From an uncultured Candidatus Saccharibacteria bacterium (GTDB taxonomy: Bacteria > Patescibacteriota > Minisyncoccia > UBA6257 > WO2-44-18): a stretch of DNA of 38,790 nucleotides. The stretch spans positions 27,149 to 65,938 of the forward strand of contig CAYIBZ010000001.1 in assembly GCA_964361795.1 (NCBI GenBank), given 5' to 3'. Of this stretch, positions 24,902 to 30,773 are shown in pieces (positions within the stretch are counted from its first letter, which is position 1; each line of letters opens with the position of its first letter). The position numbers were made by a program, and so were the translations under genes. Under the pieces are notes generated by a model that was given only the letters and a program-made list of their open reading frames with translations, made no database searches and had not been told where the DNA came from.

Positions 24902-25455
24902 CAAAATATTTTATAACCTTTCTTGTCTTAATAGTGGCCGGCCTTGGCGCCTATTTTATTTTTCATTTAGGATATTATCCAATCGCGATTGTTAACGGGA
25001 AAGTCATTATGGCCAGTTCCTTTAAAAATATGTATGCCAGCGCTTATCAATATTACGCGAAAGCGGTGGGGAATTTGGAACAAATAAACAACGATGATTT
25101 TAAAAAAGAATTAAAGCGCCAAGTCTTAAACCAGCTTATTGAAAGATCGCTTATATCGTCAGCTCTAAAAAATTTAGTTGGCCAAAATTTAGAGAATTTA
25201 GTGAAGGAAAAAATCAGCCTTCCGGCGTTAGATGAGCCGGATTTTCAAGAATCTATCGCTCTGCTTTATGGACTTTCTATAGCGGATTTCAAAACAATGA
25301 TTCTAGAACCTCAAGCTCAAAAAGAAATACTGGAAAAAGAGCTTGTTAATACTAAAACTAATTTCTCAAATTGGTTGACCGAAGTTAGAAAAACCGCTAA
25401 AGTAACTTTGCTAATGGCCGGTTTTAATTGGCAAGACGGGGAATTGCGGGATTAG
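24898..25455 (+). CDS. Membrane-anchored SurA-N-terminal-like chaperone domain protein
   Basis: ATGA overlap with the upstream gene, N-terminal TM, helical region resembling the SurA/PpiD N-terminal domain. No PPIase domain. Confidence 0.4.
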   Translation: MTKYFITFLVLIVAGLGAYFIFHLGYYPIAIVNGKVIMASSFKNMYASAYQYYAKAVGNLEQINNDDFKKELKRQVLNQLIERSLISSALKNLVGQNLENLVKEKISLPALDEPDFQESIALLYGLSIADFKTMILEPQAQKEILEKELVNTKTNFSNWLTEVRKTAKVTLLMAGFNWQDGELRD

Positions 25456-25519
25456 TACAGTGGTAGTACGCAACCTTCCCAAGGTTGAGATGCGAGTTCG
25501 ATTCTCGTATCCCGCTCCA
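25446..25519 (+). tRNA. tRNA-Gly (anticodon CCC), CCA encoded
   Basis: Acceptor GCGGGAT/ATCCCGC, D arm GTAC-AGTGGTA-GTAC, anticodon arm CAACC-TTCCCAA-GGTTG, T arm GCGAG-TTCGATT-CTCGT, discriminator T, CCA. The first 10 nt overlap the preceding CDS. Confidence 0.9.
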
Positions 25520-25668
25520 TTCTATGTCCTCGGCGGATAATGGCCATCCGTAACCTTTGGGTCATATCTCAACCATTTCCAAACCAACAAAAGCCGGCTC
25601 ATAGGCCAACGCTTTAATTCGATCGCGATATTTCGGATTCTCCATTACTTCTTCTAAACATAACGATC

Positions 25669-25699
25669 CGCCAGCTATCGCATAGCTGGCGTTTTTTTT
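25669..25699 (+). terminator. Strong intrinsic terminator
   Basis: CGCCAGCTAT-CGC-ATAGCTGGCG (10-bp stem) followed by T8. Confidence 0.8.
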
Positions 25700-25706
25700 C
25701 ACGGTG

Positions 25707-25728
25707 GCACTATTACGCGTAATAGTGC
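25707..25728. repeat. 22-nt perfect palindrome centred on ACGCGT
   Basis: GCACTATTACG|CGTAATAGTGC followed by TTTT. Confidence 0.95.
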
Positions 25729-25782
25729 TTTTACATGTAAAAGCAAGCGGTTGTGGCGGCTTTGGTCGTCAATGCTAAATCA

Positions 25783-25809
25783 AAAACTCCGACGTCGTGT
25801 CGGAGTTTT
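25783..25809. terminator. Bidirectional terminator, probably ending the minus-strand two-gene operon
   Basis: AAAACTCCGAC-GTCGT-GTCGGAGTTTT. The minus strand reads hairpin then TTTTTGATTT. Confidence 0.7.
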
Positions 25810-25832
25810 ATAGTTTTCTGGGGTTTCTTTAA

Positions 25833-25870
25833 CCATCCAATTACCAAGCTATAGCGTGGTAATTGGATGG
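25833..25870. repeat. 14-bp-stem hairpin
   Basis: CCATCCAATTACCA-10 nt-TGGTAATTGGATGG; 31 nt downstream of the stop at 25902. Confidence 0.9.
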
Positions 25871-25901
25871 ATCAAAATAAAAAACAAAATCGCCTTAGCG
25901 T

Positions 25902-26264
25902 TTAGCTTCGGCGATCTGATAGAAATTCCATCAGTATTTTCTCGTTTTCGGTGAAGTCGGGATTGCTGTTTGCCCCCCTCTTCAGAAGCAACTGCTGAAT
26001 TGCCAACCTATCCCCCAAATCCCGTAATACGCCATAAATAACTGAACGCAGTACCTTTAGGTTAATCCAGCATTGGCTGTCTAGACAAGGAGCACCCATG
26101 ATTTTCAAGTTGTAAGGAAGATTCATCGCATTGCAGTAGCCCATAAATTCGTATCCATTTTTATACAAATTATAGAATCTTCGCAGAAGCTCTTTTTGCT
26201 CCTTGGTGAGTTTCTTCAGATTCAGCTTTTCGCCTTGTAGGGTGGTGTAGACGGCATTTTTCAT
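25902..26264 (-). CDS. Hypothetical protein (120 aa), island gene P4
   Basis: ATG 26264 is preceded by AAGGAG at 7-nt spacing (the listed TTG 26282 is less likely). It closely follows P3 (14-nt gap). No family recognised. Confidence 0.6.
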   Translation of the reverse strand: MKNAVYTTLQGEKLNLKKLTKEQKELLRRFYNLYKNGYEFMGYCNAMNLPYNLKIMGAPCLDSQCWINLKVLRSVIYGVLRDLGDRLAIQQLLLKRGANSNPDFTENEKILMEFLSDRRS

Positions 26265-26278
26265 TGGCCTCTCCTTTT

Positions 26279-26509
26279 TCAAAAATCATTTCCGCCAAAA
26301 TCCCCAGGCGGATCGCCGGCGTGGCCATGGCCGCAAGTACCGTCAGCGCATTTGCTCATTTCTTTTTGAAAATCATCGTATCTCTTTTGCGCTTCTACGC
26401 ACCTTCCGCATTGAGCAACATGGCTTAAAAATTCTTCGCTTTTGTCTGTCAGAAAAGCTCGAAACCGACCGCCATTCCATTCGTCACAAAATCCCCAATG
26501 ATCCGGCAT
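26279..26509 (-). CDS. Small Cys/His-rich protein with zinc anti-sigma (zf-HC2, H-x3-C-x2-C)-like motif, island gene P3
   Basis: AGGAGG SD 6 nt before ATG 26509. C8 ... H30-VAQ-C34-GR-C37 spacing resembles RsrA-type ZAS domains. An extra CADGTCGHGH cluster lies near the C-terminus. Confidence 0.55.
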   Translation of the reverse strand: MPDHWGFCDEWNGGRFRAFLTDKSEEFLSHVAQCGRCVEAQKRYDDFQKEMSKCADGTCGHGHAGDPPGDFGGNDF

Positions 26510-26704
26510 GATGTTCCTCCTTTGCCTGCCGAAGCTTTATGCGTAGGCGGGCTTTTCAGTGCTGACGAAAAACTAACATGGATATAAGAAGAATGCAAAA
26601 AACCTTATTTTCTTTTTCATTTTCATTCTTAAGTTCTCAAGAATATAGGAATAAACGGAATTAAAAAACATACAACTGGTCAATGTCGGCTTGCTTTAAT
26701 AAGT

Positions 26705-26741
26705 CAAAGCACTGCTATCACGCGTGATAGCAGTGCTTTTT
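26705..26741. repeat. 34-nt perfect palindrome centred on ACGCGT, plus T-run; cognate of 25707-25728
   Basis: AAAGCACTGCTATCACG|CGTGATAGCAGTGCTTT followed by TTT. It shares GCACT...ACGCGT...AGTGC with the other copy. Confidence 0.95.
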
Positions 26742-26795
26742 TCGTGTATAGAAGTGAACTATTCAACTATTGCATCTCGCGCATAATTCGCCATT

Positions 26796-26831
26796 CGTAA
26801 AAATAAAAATCCCCGAGACTTTCGTCTCGGG
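26796..26831 (-). terminator. Strong intrinsic terminator of island gene P2
   Basis: Minus strand reads CCCCGAGAC-GAAA-GTCTCGGGG followed by ATTTTTATTTTT. Confidence 0.8.
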
Positions 26832-26892
26832 GTGCCGCATGGGGCTAGATTCTTCCTCAAACCTGCCACGGTTAGCTGGGCCGTGGGTTTTT

Positions 26893-27201
26893 TCACTCGC
26901 CGATCATCTTCACGATCGATGAATCGGAGAGCCACGGACGGGCCTGAAGGTAGAGATGGCCGACATGGAGCAGACGATCCGCGCCGCCATCGTCGTACTC
27001 CTCCTGATCCCATTGGAACTCGATCCGCTCGTTCGTGCTGGGACAGTTGAGCGTCAGACCTTTCGGCCCGATGCTGGAGATGCCGGTGTCGCCGTTGAGA
27101 TTGTCCACGAGCTCGACGAGCGCTGCTTCTGCCGATCGGAAGTGGGTCCGCCGTCTGTGCGACTCACCTTCCGCCTTCTCGAACACCGTGATCTGGATCA
27201 T
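26893..27201 (-). CDS. Hypothetical protein (102 aa) in a high-GC patch, island gene P2
   Basis: ATG 27201 is preceded by GGGAGG at 6-nt spacing. Third codon positions are strongly G/C-biased in this frame (atc cag atc acg gtg ttc gag aag gcg ...). All other overlapping ORFs lack an RBS. Confidence 0.6.
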   Translation of the reverse strand: MIQITVFEKAEGESHRRRTHFRSAEAALVELVDNLNGDTGISSIGPKGLTLNCPSTNERIEFQWDQEEYDDGGADRLLHVGHLYLQARPWLSDSSIVKMIGE

Positions 27202-27270
27202 GAAATCCTCCCTTTTGAAAAAGAACCTTGTTCTTAGCCCACAACACAATGTTATGAGCTAGGAAAAGGT

Positions 27271-27295
27271 GGGGTGAACCTCGCTGGTTCACCCC
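27271..27295. other. GC-rich 10-bp hairpin within the predicted 5' leader of P2
   Basis: GGGGTGAACC-TCGCT-GGTTCACCCC. On the minus strand it is followed by ACCTTTTCC. Confidence 0.8.
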
Positions 27296-27380
27296 GTGGA
27301 TCCTACTACTTGCTCTTGTCGAGACACTTGCGGCAGGTTTCGAGAATCAGGGTTTCCTCATGCCGTCGTTGTATGCTCCT

Positions 27381-27410
27381 ATTATACACCATAACAACCA
27401 CTTTTGTCAA
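27381..27410 (-). promoter_or_regulatory. Consensus sigma70 promoter, minus strand (TTGACA-18 nt-TATAAT)
   Basis: Reverse complement has TTGACA (27410-27405), an 18-nt spacer and TATAAT (27386-27381), about 170 nt upstream of the P2 ATG. Confidence 0.7.
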
Positions 27411-27420
27411 GTACAAATAA

Positions 27421-27449
27421 TTGACAAGTTTAGTAGTATATGCTAGAAT
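27421..27449 (+). promoter_or_regulatory. Consensus sigma70 promoter, plus strand (TTGACA-17 nt-TAGAAT)
   Basis: -35 at 27421-27426, -10 at 27444-27449. The two -35 boxes form the inverted repeat TTGTCAA-10 nt-TTGACAA. Confidence 0.7.
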
Positions 27450-27479
27450 ATCCGCAGGTCATATTTGAAAGGAGGCGCT

Positions 27480-27851
27480 ATGACGCCAGAGAAAACGGAT
27501 CGGTTTATTGGCCTGAATGAATGGGCTCTTGAGAAAGTTACGCTTCCAGGCGCTAAAACTTCTCTAACTAGATCGATTTACGCTGATACCCAAGGAGACA
27601 AGCACCCTCTTTTCCGATATGAGTTGCCAGACGGAACAATCTGCGAGGAAGATCTATATACCTACCAGTCCTTGGATGCCGACAGAAAAATATACTTTCT
27701 GGCTCTAAGAGACGGTGTGGGTAACTGGATCACAGAATCGCTCTGGAGCGATAAGGATATTCAGGAAGCGTGCGAAATTTCTCTGGAACTCCTCAAAGAA
27801 GAATCCATGGAAGTTGAAGAAGCAATAGAGGTAGCAGTGATTGAGGGCTAA
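27480..27851 (+). CDS. Hypothetical acidic protein (123 aa), island gene P1
   Basis: ATG 27480 is preceded by AAAGGAGG at 6-nt spacing, with its own promoter and terminator. No family recognised. Confidence 0.6.
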   Translation: MTPEKTDRFIGLNEWALEKVTLPGAKTSLTRSIYADTQGDKHPLFRYELPDGTICEEDLYTYQSLDADRKIYFLALRDGVGNWITESLWSDKDIQEACEISLELLKEESMEVEEAIEVAVIEG

Positions 27852-27866
27852 GGCCCTCCTTTTTTT
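27843..27866 (+). terminator. Intrinsic terminator of P1
   Basis: GAGGGC-TAAG-GCCCTC followed by CTTTTTTT. It overlaps the TAA stop. Confidence 0.75.
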
Positions 27867-27893
27867 GAAAAAATTGGCGAAATAAGGTAAACT
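27865..27893 (+). promoter_or_regulatory. Putative promoter for tRNA-Thr and prfB (TTGAAA-17 nt-TAAACT)
   Basis: -35 at 27865-27870, -10 at 27888-27893. The tRNA 5' end at 27903 is 9 nt after the -10. Confidence 0.45.
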
Positions 27894-27902
27894 AACTGCA
27901 TT

Positions 27903-27974
27903 GCCGGAGTAGCTCAATGGCAGAGCAATGCTTTCGTAAAGCAGAGGTTGCGAGTTCGACTCTCGCCTCCGGCT
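27903..27974 (+). tRNA. tRNA-Thr (anticodon CGU), no CCA encoded
   Basis: Acceptor GCCGGAG/CTCCGGC, D arm GCTC-AATGGCA-GAGC, anticodon loop TTCGTAA, T arm GCGAG-TTCGACT-CTCGC, discriminator T. Confidence 0.9.
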
Positions 27975-27983
27975 CTAAAACTT

Positions 27984-28709
27984 ATGCTTAAATCTTTAAC
28001 CGGAAAATACGACCAAGGAAACGCGTATCTAACGATTTATCCCGGTGTTGGCGGAGATGACGCTAAAGACTGGGCGGACATGCTTTTTAAGATGTATTTA
28101 AAATACGCGCAAAAACGCGGGTGGAAAGTTGTGATAACAGACGATCGCGCGATGGAAATTAAAGGAGATTATGTTTACGGCACTCTTAAAAAAGAGTATG
28201 GAGTTCACCGCCTTGTGAGAATCTCGCCTTTTTCCGCCAAAAAACTCCGGCATACCTCTTTCGCGCTCGTGGAAATCGTTCCGGTTCTGCCGGACCTCGA
28301 ATATCGCAATCTCAATATCCCGCCGGAGGACTTAAAATTAGAAACGGCGAGATCCAGCGGCCCGGGCGGACAAAATGTCAATAAAAGAGAAACGGCCGTG
28401 CGAATTGTCCATTTGCCAACCGGCTTGAGCGCCGGTTCTCAATCCGAACGTTCCCAGCCGCAAAACCGCGACAAAGCGATGCAGCTGCTGAAGTCCAAAC
28501 TTTTCAATCTGATGCAAGCCACGCAAAAGAAAGAATTATCCGAACTAAAAACCCATGTAAAACCGGAGTGGGGAAGCCAGATACGATCATATGTGTTTAA
28601 CCCTTACCACCTCGTAAAGGATCACCGCACTAAAGCTGAAACCACCCAAGTTGAAGAAGTCCTAGAAGGAAATCTCGACAAGTTTGTGGAAGCCGAGTTA
28701 GAACTTTAG
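27984..28709 (+). CDS. prfB: Peptide chain release factor 2 lacking the N-terminal domain 1 (241 aa)
   Basis: Alignable from memory to E. coli RF2 from about residue 110 onward: [26 protein letters not shown] (RISPFSA), GGQ (SGPGGQNVN), WGSQIRSYV. The first ATG after tRNA-Thr is 27984. The listed start 27948 lies inside the tRNA. Confidence 0.85.
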   Translation: MLKSLTGKYDQGNAYLTIYPGVGGDDAKDWADMLFKMYLKYAQKRGWKVVITDDRAMEIKGDYVYGTLKKEYGVHRLVRISPFSAKKLRHTSFALVEIVPVLPDLEYRNLNIPPEDLKLETARSSGPGGQNVNKRETAVRIVHLPTGLSAGSQSERSQPQNRDKAMQLLKSKLFNLMQATQKKELSELKTHVKPEWGSQIRSYVFNPYHLVKDHRTKAETTQVEEVLEGNLDKFVEAELEL

Positions 28710-28712
28710 TGG

Positions 28713-28748
28713 TCGCTAATAATGCGAATTTGGGCTAATAATGCAAAT
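28713..28748. repeat. Left 36-bp terminal inverted repeat of the GxxExxY cassette
   Basis: TCGCTAATAATGCGAATTTGGGCTAATAATGCAAAT. 30 of 36 positions match the reverse complement of 29139-29174. It contains the internal direct repeat GCTAATAATGC(G/A)AAT. Confidence 0.85.
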
Positions 28749-29139
28749 ACAATTAGAACAGAAGATTATTTTTCCAGAATTAAGTTACAAAATAGTTGGT
28801 GCCGCTTTTGATGTATTTAATGAGCTAGGATGGGGATTGCCGGAAAAGGATTACCAATTGGCCCTAAGCAAAGAACTGCAAATTTTACAGATAAAGCATG
28901 TTCGTGAAGTTTACCTGCCGGTTAATTATAAAGGGTCAAATATTGGTAAATACTTCGCTGATTTTTTGGTAGATAACAAAATCATCTTGGAACTAAAAGT
29001 GGTGTCCCGGCTTGGATATACGCACGCTCGGCAACTTTTAACATATTTAAAAAGTGCTGGTTTTAAATTGGGTATCCTGTTATATTTTACTAAAGACGGC
29101 GTAAAATATCGTCGTGTGTTAAATGCTGAAGTTAAATAA
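28741..29139 (+). CDS. GxxExxY protein (PD-(D/E)xK nuclease-like, PDDEXK_3 family)
   Basis: GLPEKDY (GxxExxY) motif, ELK in DNKIILELK, 132 aa, typical family size and layout. Confidence 0.8.
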   Translation: MQIQLEQKIIFPELSYKIVGAAFDVFNELGWGLPEKDYQLALSKELQILQIKHVREVYLPVNYKGSNIGKYFADFLVDNKIILELKVVSRLGYTHARQLLTYLKSAGFKLGILLYFTKDGVKYRRVLNAEVK

Positions 29140-29174
29140 TTCGCATTATTAATGTAAATTTGCATTATTAGCGA
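29138..29174. repeat. Right terminal inverted repeat of the GxxExxY cassette
   Basis: AATTCGCATTATTAATGTAAATTTGCATTATTAGCGA. Confidence 0.85.
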
Positions 29175-29181
29175 TTACTCT

Positions 29182-29862
29182 ATGATTGGTTTTCACAATG
29201 TTTCTAAGGCCTATAACGGCCAATTAGTGCTGGACAATATTAATTTCAAAATTTCCCCGGGGGAGTTCGTGTGTTTAGTCGGTAAATCCGGCGCTGGAAA
29301 ATCAACCATTGTTAAACTGCTTACCGGAGAAGAAAAGCCAGATCAGGGCAGGGTTCTGTTTGGCTCCTATGAAGTTAATAAATTAAAACCCAAAGAGCTT
29401 CCTCCTCTCCGGAGAAAAATCGGCATAGTTTTCCAAGATTTTAAATTATTGCCCATAAAAACTGCCTATGAAAACGTCGCTTTCGCCATGGAGGTAGACG
29501 GCCGCAAACAGGAAGAAATTGACGCTTTGGTGCCGCAAGTTTTAGATATCGTTGGATTGGCTGACAAACAATATAATTTTCCTCACGAGCTATCAGGCGG
29601 CATGAAACAAAGGGTGGCGATTGCCAGAGCTTTGGTGCATAGGCCGTCAGTGATTATTGCCGATGAGCCAACCGGCAATCTAGACCATTATAACGCTTGG
29701 GAAATTGTAAATTTATTGCTGAAAATAAATGATTTAGGGACAACTTTAATCTTGGCCACGCATAGCAAGGAAATTATCAACAAAATCAACAAAAGAGTAA
29801 TTACGCTGGATAATGGTAAAATTATCAATGATGAGCCGCATGGAAAATATCTGCTTAAATAG
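29182..29862 (+). CDS. ftsE: Cell-division ABC transporter ATP-binding protein FtsE
   Basis: Walker A GKSGAGKST, signature LSGGMKQR, Walker B VIIADEPTGNLD; followed by ftsX. Confidence 0.95.
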   Translation: MIGFHNVSKAYNGQLVLDNINFKISPGEFVCLVGKSGAGKSTIVKLLTGEEKPDQGRVLFGSYEVNKLKPKELPPLRRKIGIVFQDFKLLPIKTAYENVAFAMEVDGRKQEEIDALVPQVLDIVGLADKQYNFPHELSGGMKQRVAIARALVHRPSVIIADEPTGNLDHYNAWEIVNLLLKINDLGTTLILATHSKEIINKINKRVITLDNGKIINDEPHGKYLLK

Positions 29863-29864
29863 GC

Positions 29865-30773
29865 ATGGCTACTACTTTATCCAGAATCATTAAATTCGGA
29901 ATACAAAACTTTCTCCGCAACGGCTGGCTTTCAGTTGCCACGATAGCGGTATTAGTGCTGGCTCTTCTGGTTTTTCACGGCTTAATAGTTTTTGGAGTTA
30001 TTTCTCAAACCGCTGTCGCCTCTATTAAAGACAAAATTGATATTAGCGTTTATTTCAAAGATTCCGCGCCCGAAGATGAGATTTTAAAAGTGGAGAGAGA
30101 AATTGAAGGATTAGCCGAAGTAAAAAGCGTTGATTATGTTTCTAAGGACAGAGCTTTAGACGCCTTTAAAGATCGCCATAAAGAAGATGCAGTAATCGCT
30201 CAAGCGCTGGCGGAACTTCAAGCCAACCCGCTTCTTGCTTCCTTAAATATTAAAGCTAAAGACCCTAAAGAATATCCGAATATCGTGGAACGGATTCAAG
30301 ATGGGCCCGCTATTAATGTCATAGAAAAAATCAGCTACGCTCAAAATAAATCGGCCATTGAAAGGTTGGCTCGGCTGGTAGACACATTCGGCAATGCGGG
30401 GCTGGCGATAACTATCACTCTAGCGCTTATCGGCGCTTTGGTAACTTTTAATAGCGTGCGGTTAGCCATTTATTCCAATAGAGAAGAAATTGGAATCATG
30501 CGACTAGTTGGGGCTTCTAATAAATTTATCAATGGCCCCTATATAGTCAGCGGACTAATTTATGGAGTTATCGCGGCAATTTTAAGCTTAGCCGCGGCCG
30601 CGCCAATTATCGCGCTGGCTTCGCCGTATGTTGAGGTATTTGTTCCGGAAATGAATCTGCAATCATATTTTTACGGCAATTTAATATCGTTTTTTGGTTA
30701 TCATTTGCTTTTTGGCGTTGTCTTAGGCGTTGTCTCTAGCGCCGTAGCTGTTCAAAGGTATCTAAAGCTTTAA
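29865..30773 (+). CDS. ftsX: Cell-division permease-like protein FtsX
   Basis: N-terminal TM, extracellular domain, three C-terminal TM helices, and the position after ftsE. Confidence 0.9.
   Translation: MATTLSRIIKFGIQNFLRNGWLSVATIAVLVLALLVFHGLIVFGVISQTAVASIKDKIDISVYFKDSAPEDEILKVEREIEGLAEVKSVDYVSKDRALDAFKDRHKEDAVIAQALAELQANPLLASLNIKAKDPKEYPNIVERIQDGPAINVIEKISYAQNKSAIERLARLVDTFGNAGLAITITLALIGALVTFNSVRLAIYSNREEIGIMRLVGASNKFINGPYIVSGLIYGVIAAILSLAAAAPIIALASPYVEVFVPEMNLQSYFYGNLISFFGYHLLFGVVLGVVSSAVAVQRYLKL

Noticed and set aside
25562-25645. 27-aa minus-strand micro-ORF (MENPKYRDRIKALAYEPAFVGLEMVEI) between tRNA-Gly and the 25669 terminator.
   Set aside because: It has no SD or promoter and is very short. 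It could be a gene fragment, but the sequence alone does not support it.
26759-27262. Four extra overlapping ORFs in the high-GC patch (26759-27013 minus, 26832-27050 plus, 26956-27237 plus, 27035-27262 plus).
   Set aside because: Open frames are expected by chance in GC-rich DNA. Only 26893-27201 (minus) has an SD, an ATG and G/C-biased third positions. 26759-27013 also runs across the P2 terminator.
25520-27902. Integrase gene or direct-repeat att sites defining the tRNA-flanked island.
   Set aside because: No recombinase-like ORF is present, and by eye I found no duplication of the tRNA-Gly or tRNA-Thr 3' ends at the island borders. The island is therefore reported as a compositional and functional island only.
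27852-27990. Programmed +1 frameshift site (CTT TGA C) of prfB.
   Set aside because: No such site is present, and the region that would carry it (codon ~25 of a full-length RF2) does not exist here.
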